From Albugo candida (Eukaryota), in NCBI GenBank assembly GCA_040437565.1, contig JBDOQK010000041.1, positions 186,001 through 250,000 of the forward strand: a DNA stretch of 64,000 nt, in the 5' to 3' direction. This document shows positions 36,552 through 47,577 of this stretch, in pieces. Made by a program: the position numbers and the translations under genes. Under the pieces are notes generated by a model. That model made no database searches. It saw nothing but the letters and a program-made list of their open reading frames with translations, and had not been told where the DNA came from. Every line of letters starts with the position of its first letter. The stretch's first letter is position 1.

Positions 36552-39010
36552 TCATGGCCTACCTTCTCTCTTGCACTGGCTACATTTCCGCTGGGGTTGA
36601 GATTGACTTTCAGCATGCTCAATCAAAGACGAATCTAGCCTAGTGGAAGATCTAGCTCCTACAGGGCGGCCACGAATACGTACAACAGCTGGTTCTTGGA
36701 CCAGAGATGTTGTGGGATTGTCCAGTGAATCAAGAGCAGCAGTCAAAACATTTTGTCTGGTGGCGCCTTTCCAACGGTCTTATCACCACAGAGGAATTAG
36801 ACACCTCTTGCTGAGCTTCCACTGGATGAGGCCCCGGCAATCATAAGTCTTTGTTAGAGTGAGACATTTATAACAGGCAATGATCCTTAAAATTGTCCGT
36901 AAATCATTTTGCATGGAAGGCCCATTATTTCTTCGAAAGGTCCAGTGAAAGGCAATAAACCTTCCGGAGAAATTGAGATCTCAGACTTCTGGTGGACATG
37001 AACGAAACAGACAAGCAAACAAGGTCAAGTCCGTCAGTAGTCATAGCATCCTCATAAATAAAATGATTGATAACCTACTTTTCTTAGAGAGTACTTAGAT
37101 ACCTTCCACACAAAGTTTTCTCAGAATGGCGATGCGCAATCGTATGGGGTTCGCATACTTTCTAAGGCAATGCATCTGCTAATTTCTCTCCGTTGCGCCT
37201 CCCCAGCTAAAACCATTTCCCCTTAAACTTCATTAATATCGGTGGTGGATACAGTGACCCATTGTTTTAAGTAGCTATGATTTCCTTCAACCCTTGATGT
37301 GACATTGTGACCAAAATGGACGTTGCGTCTTGTCCACGCCACAACAAATCGTTCCCGGAGTGGCAGCCATGTAGACTGCACATCTCGCGAGACGACTACA
37401 CGAACGCTTTTCTATTATTCTCCAAGCAGATACATACTCTTCTTCTATTCTTGCTGAGCATAACTGTGTCCATTTCTGGAAATCTCATCGTATCCCTTTT
37501 ATGTACAGTGATTACCTTTTTTGCTTCGCCACAATGTTCTTGTTAATGAGCCATAGGGATATAATTAATCCAGCTTGGAGAAGATTGTGGCGCACAGCTG
37601 TCATCAACGAGAGTTCACGATCAAGTATAACAGTAATACGCTGAAATCGGAGGAACAGTTTCAATACCTATATCTCCCTGACTGGATACTAAAATAACAT
37701 AAAAGAAACTTACAGAAGTGAAGAGTGACTCAAACACATGCCTGAATTCCTCCAAAGCCCATGCATACTCATTTTCGCACTATTCTGATAGAAAGCAAAA
37801 GGCAAGTGAAATCGGCTGATTTGTGGGAGGAACGCCACCAATGTGCAGTAACGGCATTTTATTTAGTTCGATCCCCGGCAGTGTGGGCAGCGGTTTGAGC
37901 CCACACAAGCAATAAGCTTGGAAAATATCTGCCTCCCTAGGTTTGAAGTCAGACTTAAGTGATATTCACACNNNNNNNNNNNNNNNNNNNNNNNNNNNNN
38001 NNNNNNNNNNNNNNNNNNNNNNNNNNNNNNNNNNNNNNNNNNNNNNNNNNNNNNNNNNNNNNNNNNNNNNNATTCACACGGTCAGGGGCTCATGATAGGA
38101 TAAGGAAGGTAGTTAAAAAACCAGTTAAACAGTGTAATGAAATCCTTGACAAAGTAACGGCATTTTATATCTAATCAAGAAATGTTGAATAAACCATCCG
38201 ACTTGATATTGAATGATAGGGAGTGCACACTAGTATACATCTGACTTGAAATTGAACGCGGCACGATTACCTTTTGGTCTTGTAAGTAGAATCCATCAAA
38301 AAGAGTGAATTAGATGTGAATTTTAGCCACAGATCATCAGCTTTCGTGGCAATAAACAAGCGACGTAAACGTCCGACGTAGTCACAGCTTGCCTTGTGAT
38401 GAACATTCTCTTCATAAAAAAGGTCCAACAGAGCTTCAATTGGGCGACGGCCGTCCAAAGCATTGGTAAGCACCTAAGTGAAAGATAGTTAGCACAGTGT
38501 TCATTGTCCAACATATTCGTTGTCGTTGACAATTGTGGTGTACCAACTTTTTGTTTTACATTATACATGTCCTTCCCAATCGCCGGGCAATCTTGGTCTA
38601 CTTGCCGCAGACTAGCCGGTATCACCCTTGGTGTTGCTCCTACCCGTGACATGTCACCTACTGATTGCTGCTGTTCTGCACTTAACGTTCGGTGAACTGG
38701 GTACGTGGATAGGTCATCCGTTGCACCGTTACCTTGATGGGCAGGGTTAACTACATTTAGTTGACACACTGCACTTTGCAGATCTCCAAGTTTCACTATG
38801 GTTGCCTCCCATGGGCAACCTGTACGTATGGAAGATTTTTTTCGCAGACTTTGACCATTCCCATTATACGGCCACCGTCTGCACACTTGAGCCAAACTTT
38901 TCTGATCTCTCTTCCTGGCTTGCCTCTTTCGGACCGCAAACGCGCCATGGCATAGCCTGATTTTTAGTAAACTCCTGCACAGAAACTTCGGCAATTTCCA
39001 ATGAGACATA
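36552..39010 (-). mobile_element. MULE/FAR1-type transposase pseudogene with spliceosomal intron(s), interrupted by a SINE
   Basis: RKKSSIRTGCPWEA, LFLMDSTYKTKR | intron 38270-38171 (GT..AG) | YKMPLLHIGG..LAFCFLSE..YAWALEEF, and RGRPVGARSSTRLDSS..RKCSQCKREG. Confidence 0.88.
37863..38152 (+). mobile_element. tRNA-derived SINE copy 2 (about 182 nt after collapsing the gap) with 16-bp TSD
   Basis: Begins TTAGTTCGATCCCCGGCAG (Pol III B-box/T-loop-like) and ends CCTTGACAA. Flanked by AGTAACGGCATTTTAT at 37847-37862 and 38153-38168. Removing it restores the MULE YKMPLLHIG motif. Confidence 0.87.
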
Positions 39011-39465
39011 CTGCGCTGAAGGTGGTGCTTCGAGTGGCATAGCGGGTAGGTAAAAAAGAGATAAGAATAGAGGTGAGAACCGAGGTGAAAACAGAGGCGA
39101 AAATCACTGTTTACACTCTCGAACAGATTCGTAACAGGAGGAAAGTAAGCGTCCGAACAGTTTCCAGACGCGAGGAAAATTTCCAGGCTTTTCATTGGCT
39201 ACGGATGAATATCGTCACTTCTCCGACCTGACTTAGTGTTTGAATACGAGGGACGAGCGAATAGAATCATATCAGCATATTTTTATCCAATCAAAGAGTT
39301 TATTAAAAAGTTTTTGGAACAATAAAAAGAGTAAGGGTAGGCAAGTACGGTACGCCAGCCTATTTTACGAATCCGTTCGGAGAAGATCGCCAGATATGTG
39401 TATGTCCATACGGACTCCAAGTCACGGGTGTATCATTTGCATATTTGCGTGCTGTCCGACTCCAG

Positions 39466-41400
39466 ATGAGCTTGGCTGATCTGCAGCTTGGAAACTCTAA
39501 GCGATCTAGAGCAACTTCTGTGAAGGCATTCTTGCGTTTCCTCCACGCTGAGAATGCTGATCCAGAGTATGTCAAAGGCTGCATTCAGCGCGACTACTTT
39601 GAGCAGTGTTTGTGGATAAGTTCGGTATGCATCTTGTATTTCACGAAGGCAGAACTGGCAAGCCACTTGCTAGACATTCTTGCATGCAGTGCTACCGACA
39701 AGCTTATGACTGATTGCTGGGTCAGTTCCCGCTGCAGCGAGCTTTACTCGAATTTCGGCTACTTAATGGGAAGAACGCTAGAGAACTACTGTGTCAAGAG
39801 AAGGTGGTGATTTAGTGAATAAGTCCAATGCGTGTACGAAGAGTAAATTGAGGCGAATTATGTATTATTTGTATTCGAATGCATGCTAGTGTAGTGACTA
39901 CCAGCATGCAGCTTTGCTGTGCCTTCTTTGATACCTATTTGGGCGTGCGTCGGACTTGACGCTCGTCCGCAAACAGAATGTCACTAGCGATGTGTTCTTC
40001 GTACCCTTCAATAGCATAAAGACGTGCGAAGAGCAGGGACTCTCAATCATCCCCACCGACGACTTCGCTACCTGCGTGCTGCACGCCATCGAGCTGGCAC
40101 TGATCACACAGGAAGCGCCCTTTGCCGACCTCCTCGACAATCTACCCGCTCAACCAGTGAATCCCGCAGTCAGATTCGACCCTGAGACGCCCCTGCTCGA
40201 CGATCTCGACCACCCAGAATATTCCTGCGGCCTCCAAGTTGCTGCTGCCTGAGGTACAGACAGCTCGCCGACAACTCACAGCCACGTCAATCGCCTCCTC
40301 GAGCGTGTCCCCACTCGGGCTGGAGTAGAGCAGCAACTCACGTCACACTCTTTCCGTCGTGGCGGCGCGTGGAACGTGAGGACGAAAAACAAAGCGTTCA
40401 ACTACGTCTTCAGCACCATGAGCGAGGATCACAAGGTCGCGAAGGTGTTGAGCGGCTAGAAGCCGCACAATCTGTTTCGCACGCCGACTTAAAGCTCTTC
40501 GACGCTCAGACCGAGGACAATATACGCGAGGTGCAGGGGCTAACCTGTCGGGGCCTCAGCGCAAAGATGTACAACATCTGCTAGCGCTTCCTCGACGCGG
40601 TAACGGCGTACTTGGTCTTTCATTTCCCGCTTTTTATTTAAGCAAACCCCAACGGGCCAGCTTTTAAGCGCTTGGAAACTTGCGTGTTGGAGTCTGGGCG
40701 CACCCTTGCCGATTTGCTTGCTTGTTCCATGCATCTTGTTACGGCTCCATGTGACGAGGTATACCAAGAAGAAGAACCAGCCTACAGAGCAAGCACAAAG
40801 TCCAAAGAACGCAAAGTCATTCGTCACAAAGTTTCTGTGATTGATCACTTTATCCGACATGCAAGAAGCCAAGGCGAGCGTATGGATGCGCTCGAAGCTA
40901 AGCTCGACTAAGCGCGCCCTCCAAGCAAAAAGAAACAAGCACAGAGAAGAGGATGCAAACGTAAGCACATCTAAAAAGCACAGAAAGCAGAACTCGATAA
41001 TTAACTTTCACTCAACGTACTTCCAGTAGTACGCGCGTGACCCGCGCTTGTGGAGCGCCCACAGTGAGAAGCAGAAGCAGTCGTACTCGAAGCTACTCGT
41101 CGCTTTCCTGAAGCTGTTTCTCGAGACTGGCTTCGCGCAGGACGAGTAAGCGCCAACGTAGCGCGACGACGTATTGGTGCTCGGCTTGCCGGTAGAAGCC
41201 AATATCTTGGCATTCCTCGGCGAGTGCGGTATCCATTCGAAAGGCACCAATGCTGTGCTGAAGAGATGCGAGCGAATCATCGAACCAGCGCACTAAAGGG
41301 CAGAACTCAGCGCTATCGCGGTCTTCCCTGGTCTGGCGTGATCGTTGATCCAGCTCCTGACTCCACACAAGACATTCTTGAATCAGTGCAAGGCAAGAAA
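39466..41400 (+). mobile_element. Crypton (tyrosine-recombinase transposon) pseudogene, oomycete type
   Basis: RATSVKAFLRFL, YLFGRASDL, KTCEEQGLS, HVNRLLERV, LTSHSFRRGGA (HxxR, 40337-40369), NKAFNYVFSTMSEDHKVAKVLSG, and C-terminal SKLLVAFLKLF..RDDVL. GC-rich relative to flanks; internal deletions. Confidence 0.85.
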
Positions 41401-42619
41401 GATAGACTGACACGCAGCTCATTCATTCCATTCATGAATTCGAAATACAGAACACGTCGGCACGTGCAAGCAATCTTTCACATTCATTTGGCTCGGAACA
41501 ACAGCAAACAACGGAGACACTCATGATCAGAATAACAACTGCATACACAAACGTATATGCACGCAGATACACGCGCATGCAGGTAACGAGGCTCACAGAA
41601 GGTATTGAACCCGCACGCATATGTTTTCACCGCATCTGCGTCCACGTAGTGTGANNNNNNNNNNNNNNNNNNNNNNNNNNNNNNNNNNNNNNNNNNNNNN
41701 NNNNNNNNNNNNNNNNNNNNNNNNNNNNNNNNNNNNNNNNNNNNNNNNNNNNNNTTCCTCGGCGAGTGCGGTATCCATTCGAAAGGCACCAATGCTGTGC
41801 TGAAGAGATGCGAGCGAATCATCGAACCAGCGCACTAAAGGGCAGAACTCAGCGCTATCGCGGTCTTCCCTGGTCTGGCGTGATCGTTGATCCAGCTCCT
41901 GACTCCACACAAGACATTCTTGAATCAGTGCAAGGCAAGAAAGATAGACTGACACGCAGCTCATTCATTCCATTCATGAATTCGAAATACAGAACACGTC
42001 GGCACGTGCAAGCAATCTTTCACATTCATTTGGCTCGGAACAACAGCAAACAACGGAGACACTCATGATCAGAATAACAACTGCATACACAAACGTATAT
42101 GCACGCAGATACACGCGCATGCAGGTAACGAGGCTCACAGAAGGTATTGAACCCGCACGCATATGTTTTCACCGCATCTGCGTCCACGTAGTGTGAGCAC
42201 GTGGGGTAGGAAGGGGTATGACGTTGTGGAAGCAACAGAATCGACATTGTTGATCTGCTGGGGCAGGCTCTGTGGTGTGTGTCGTTCTCTGCGTGCTGAG
42301 ACTGGGAAATGAATTAAGCGGAGTGAGAATGCTCTCGCTACCGGCAGCTGTAAGTCGCTGAATTATTCTTTGCTATTCTGTCGAAGTTGTGCTGCGTGTT
42401 ACGCCCATGCTTCCCAAAAATCTCGAGCTTATACTCGAGTGGCTGTAGTGAAAGTGAAATGATGCCGCCACAATGGTAGAACTCTCCCCAAGAAATGGTA
42501 CAATGTATCAGATGTGTACCTATCGTACGATACGTCGGAGGGTCGGATTTTTCATGGTATGGATCAGTGAGGGTACAATTAGCAATGGGAGGGGGTGTAC
42601 CTATAGAAGTGGCCTTAAA

Positions 42620-45143
42620 TTAATTGTTTAAATATGCTGTAATAATATTGTCGATTTCAAGGAATATTGACATTTTGCGTTTTTTTTTTGCAGTTGTCAC
42701 CCCTTCTACCCGCCTCCCCTCAACCCCCCTCTTTGCTACGCGACCGTTACACACCGCGAAACAAATCAGCAGCTCTGCCAGAGATCAAGAGAACGCGCTT
42801 CTTCTCTATGCTTGTTTCCACCATTGAGCGTCAGCACGCTTCAGAAAACTCGAAGTTACACGCTCTGCATGCCTACCACTTCCTGGGATTAATAAAGACG
42901 AAGGTTGCTACCGTCTGCCGAAAAGCCCCGTCTACCGTCAGCGCCTTGAGCGAGGCATACGAGAAGACTGGCTCTGTTGCACGTCAATTCGCAGAAGTTC
43001 TAAACCAAAAGTATAACGCGGAGAAGCGCGAATGGTTGCGTTGTTATATAAGCAGAAACCCACTTTCATATCTGGACGAGACCAAGCACGTTTCGAAGTG
43101 AATTGGAATACGGACATCAGCTGGTCGACGATTTGGCGAATTCTTCGAGAGTTCAACTTCACGAATATAGTCAGTCTTTAAGTCACATAGCGGGAAATAT
43201 TGATGTGGTTTAAAGCTTGATTTGGTATTATACAGCGCTAATACTACATGGTAGGTTCTGGAACGCCGCTCAATCAACATCAAACAATCGGATATTATGC
43301 GCTTTGAATTTGAGATCAATTCTGTTGATTGGACGCATTTTACTTTAACGTTTTTGGACGAAGTATCAATTGATAATCGCCCGATGCTGAGAAAGCGAGG
43401 GTATGCCTTGAAGATAATCATAGCGGAAATGTCATCTCGTGGTATTTTGTTTCAACATGTAACGCTTTCATGACCATGTAGGGGCAAAAAATTTGCTCTA
43501 CCGAGGCGAGTTCACCAGAATGCCAAGGACATCCTTGATCTGCTCTATCGGTTGTAAAGGTCTTTTGGATACCTACATGACTGAGGGGACAATTGATCGC
43601 AGCAAGTTCATGGACTGCTGCCGTAACTTTGCCCTAAGTCAGTCAAGGTACAAAAGCACCCAGGAATGCACTCTGTATGGGTTGTTCTTGGCGCGCACCC
43701 AAGTTTCACTAGTTACCTGCGGTCGCTTGATTTTATACCCATATTTTTTCCTGCGTATTGTCCTTTTGACAAGCCCACTGAGTTGATGTTGAATTGATCA
43801 AGAAAAGCATGCAGCGCAATTTCACAGAAGGCTCAGTCAAGATGGGAGATATGCCGACGGCAATCCCCTCAATGCTTGAACCATATAGAAACTATAACAT
43901 ACACAATCTCTTCCGTAAATGCGGATATTCACTTCCAGGACGATTTAACCTTGGTGTAGGATACAATAATTTAGTTGTTTTCTTTAGCTGGGCTTTGAAT
44001 AGGAAAACACAGTTCTTTATTCTGAATGATCTGTATCTATATATTTAGGGGTATCTTCCAGAATTGCTTGACTGTCAGCAGTTTAAAGGGTGTTAATGCA
44101 TAGTTAAATGCCACAATCATCCGACCATGACGGGCATACTCTGCACTAGACCCTCAATTCGCAGCAGAGAATCCGTAATCACGGACTTGATCACATCAAC
44201 TTGATCACATCAACTTGCTCACCAAAGCCATCAAGATTTGCTAATGCAGCCGAGTTGTTTTGCTGTGCAGATTGTACAACAGCATCTCCGTCCCTTGGCG
44301 AATGTAGAAACAGATGGATGATCAGGTGATTTTTTTTTGGCGCAGAAACAAGAAGAATTTGTAGATGTGAATTGAGTATTCAAGATTATAGTTTCTCATT
44401 TGGATCGGCGGGGGCCGCTCAATTGTGGCTTCCTGTAACGGCACGGGTTCACGGACAATCTACGACGCCCAGATTTGCCAATTGATGTGCTCCGACGCAT
44501 ATATTGTACCCCAACTTGACAAGAGCTGCTGCGTAACTTCGGTCACAATTGATTGTGCAGCTGCTCCAGACCTATCCGTCTGCTGTGGGGCTAACACAGT
44601 GGCACTAAATGTAGAAAACTGTGCATCTTTTGCAACATTCAATCCATACTTGAACAGGAGAAGTTGCAGGTTGGCGTTGCGACCAACTCTGAAGCGACGC
44701 GGTTGTTACATCTATGGAAAGCAAGAATTTAATCTTTAGCATTTACCTGTGCAGCTCTGTAAGACTTGAGACTGACGTTAGACTTCACGCAGAAGAGTTC
44801 ATTGCTTTCTTCATATTCGTCAACTCCTTGTTGCAATGCAGTAAATGTGCTATCCTCAGGTGCAATTGTTGACGTGGAGGGCGACGGGGATGCTGACAAG
44901 GAAAGCGACATAGACCTGGATGGGTGAGAAGAAGGAGATGTGTTTTGGAGCTGGTCAGATGGTTGGAGGTTACGCTGTTGCGATGGACGGACGTAGGGTG
45001 ACAAAGGGGTACCGGAGAAAAGATGTTGCGGTTGGAGGTTTGGGGTGGGTGACGTTGGCAAAAAAACGCAGCGGCGTTTTTTATTGGACGTAGTTTTGAT
45101 TTCGAAATTAAACGCAATACAAAATTGTTCTTTGTATCCACTG
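42620..45143. mobile_element. Two-ORF IS630/Tc1-like element: transposase (+, about 42810-43970) convergent with ORF2 (-, about 44910-44120)
   Basis: HASENSKLHAL..PLSYLDE, VLERRS, FLDEVSIDNRPMLRKRGY, LYRGEFTRMPR, TEGTIDRSKF. ORF2 contains WGTIYASEHINWQIWAS.IVREP..RPPP..IHLF. Inverted similarity between 42676-42735 and 45015-45070. The right end reads CAGTGGATACAAAG on the minus strand (45143). Confidence 0.72.
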
Positions 45144-45294
45144 TTCCTGCTTATGGTTAAAAAAAGCGCTATGCCTGGAATATTGAACATCTGACCGGCT
45201 TTAATTAGCATAGACGTCAAGCCTCTCAAGTTTTATTTATACCCAAACAAAGTCGTCAGGTATAGAATATGACAGGGTATCGATTGAGAAAATT

Positions 45295-46360
45295 ATGGTT
45301 ATGGAGACATTAACGCCGACAGCAAAGTCTAACGCCGGAGTATCAGCTTTACAAAATCTCTGCGATTACGCAGTACAGCTTATCAGCACTCTTGATAGCG
45401 ATAGAAACACTGAAGACGATTCGTTGAGGATTTCCGATTGCGAAATGGAACAGAACAGGAGATCAGAAGCCGCTCAACTTAGCATGCTGATTCGAAGAAA
45501 CGAGATCCCGCTTCTTTTGGAAGACGTTATAGAACAAGCAAATGGTGAGCATGTCCAACTCATAGAATCAATTACGTCGGATAGCTCACCAACGCAAAAT
45601 TACTCAACAGTGAATGGAACTCAAGAAACCATCGNNNNNNNNNNNNNNNNNNNNNNNNNNNNNNNNNNNNNNNNNNNNNNNNNNNNNNNNNNNNNNNNNN
45701 NNNNNNNNNNNNNNNNNNNNNNNNNNNNNNNNNNGCATGCTGATTCGAAGAAACGAGATCCCGCTTCTTTTGGAAGACGTTATAGAACAAGCAAATGGTG
45801 AGCATGTCCAACTCATAGAATCAATTACGTCGGATAGCTCACCAACGCAAAATTACTCAACAGTGAATGGAACTCAAGAAACCATCGATATTACCGATGG
45901 CACTGATACGACTACGACGGCTACAGATAACCCGATCGACCTCACTAAGTCGTCATCTGAAAGCGAGTGTGAAGATTTGTCAAATGTACGAGAAATAGAT
46001 GTTTTAGATGATGAAGTGCATATTGTTGCTCCAAACGCGACTCCAGGAAGAAAACGACGCAGAGCAGGACTAAGTGGTATGGTTCGCGCGATGAAATCGA
46101 AGGAGCTGAAAGCAAATGCTCATAATTCATGGTGCGCTGCTTCAAATGGAGCCAGTATCGAAAATGCAGAGATCATCGAGCAGTTCAAGAATTCCCTGAA
46201 GTGTAGTATTTGTCTAGATCTCATAGACCGAATGACTTCTACAATATGTGGCCATGTTTTTTGCCGACGTTGTATACGTTCGGCTATACAGTCCACCAAG
46301 AAGTGTCCATTGTGTCAACGAAAACTTCGAATTCGAGATATTCATGGATTATTCTTCTGA
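45295..46360 (+). CDS. RNF4/Slx8-like SUMO-targeted RING ubiquitin ligase (about 270 aa after removing the 253-bp gap artefact)
   Basis: C-terminal C3HC4 RING CSICLD..STICGHVFCRRCI..CPLCQRKL..IHGLFF. SIM-like motifs TIDITD, PIDLT and EIDVLDDEVHIV. 45482-45634 is duplicated at 45735-45887. Confidence 0.82.
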
Positions 46361-47577
46361 AAGGACGAGATATTTCGCTCACGACGACAGGATGAACGAT
46401 GTATAGAAGATGTCTTTTAAATGTATCGAGGAAAACCGCAGTCTACACGCAACGTCAAAGATGGATGGATTATCGCATCAGTGCACTTCATGAAACACAC
46501 TGATGAAACAGAGCAGCGTGGAGACTCCTAATTTTACAAGCAATTTGACTTTTTCATCCATGTCTCTCCCGTTGCATCATCAACTAATTCTTCTTCTTTC
46601 AAAGCTCGCGTTCTTTTCAAATGAAGTTGCTTCGGCAGTAACCTGCGACGTATGATGTCTGTTGGGGAATCCTGTATAGAATTGGGGACGTCAACGCCAA
46701 CTTTGAGCTTGAGGGGAATCGTGTCGCACAAACAAATTTGATTGAGTACAGCGGTTCTGTCCAGTAATTACTTGATCCCTTTGCATGATACAAAATCCGC
46801 GTCCTGAGACAAATGGAAACCGACTGTGCGGTTTGTGTTTAGCTGGCTGATGTGCTGAAATGATGGAATTGATATTTCTTGTCACCATTTCGGACAGCAA
46901 TCCATTCTTTGACAGACTTACGAGCGTTAGTTTTTTCTGAGGGTATCGCGGACGGTAATGAACGCACCACTACACTTATCGTTTGACAACGCGTAATTGC
47001 ACTCCACCCATAAACAGAACTCAGTCTCTCGTCGTCACCCCTCCTTTACACTGAAAGATGTTTTAGACTTTTAGGCTATTCATTGTGCATAAATGATATT
47101 ATGGCGCAGTAAACGTCCAGTGCGGAACCGCAATTCACACAGCAGCGTTCAAGATGCAAAATCATTCAGCCCGTCTTTGTTAGTGGTAAAGCAGCTTGTT
47201 TTGGAACGGAGATTAAGTAGCATTAGTCACTGGACTGCACGGAGATGAGCTCAGACGGTAAGCTGGAGCCGACCAATGTAGTGTAATACATATCAAGAAT
47301 GAATTCGGTACTGGCAGTCCATTTGAACGCAACCCAACAAAGAATGCTTACCCAATCTAGCGGGTTCAGTCACAAAAAGGTTATAGCACCAAGGCCATTG
47401 TCGTTACGAACCAAACAGTAGATAGCATAGTACTGACATGTTTCGACAGGAGAAGGATCGACTATATGCTCGAAAGTATCTATTGAACAAGCTATAGCGA
47501 GACAACTGCATTTATCCCAACATGGAAACTATCGATTTGAATCGTATTTCTGACTGTTGTGAACGAAGTCACAAATT

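Noticed and set aside
37863-37900. tRNA gene
   Set aside because: Only a B-box/T-arm remnant without an A box or cloverleaf, and it lies inside a TSD-flanked insertion.
19865-39010. Kinesin as Pack-MULE cargo of the adjacent MULEs
   Set aside because: Relative orientation differs between loci, the neighbouring MULEs are different families, and no enclosing TIRs or TSDs were found.
42606-42616. AGTGG as the left Tc1 TIR
   Set aside because: It is part of a separate repeat terminus that also occurs inverted at 36325.
44322-44405. Poly-A-ended retro-insertion in ORF2
   Set aside because: About 80 bp interrupts the PPP..IHLF motif and ends in A9 on the minus strand, but no convincing TSD; it could be a decayed intron.
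46430-47520. Small gene or structured ncRNA between the RING and IQCH-like genes
   Set aside because: Short ORFs without recognisable motifs or a convincing splice model; no telomerase-template or snRNA signature recognised.
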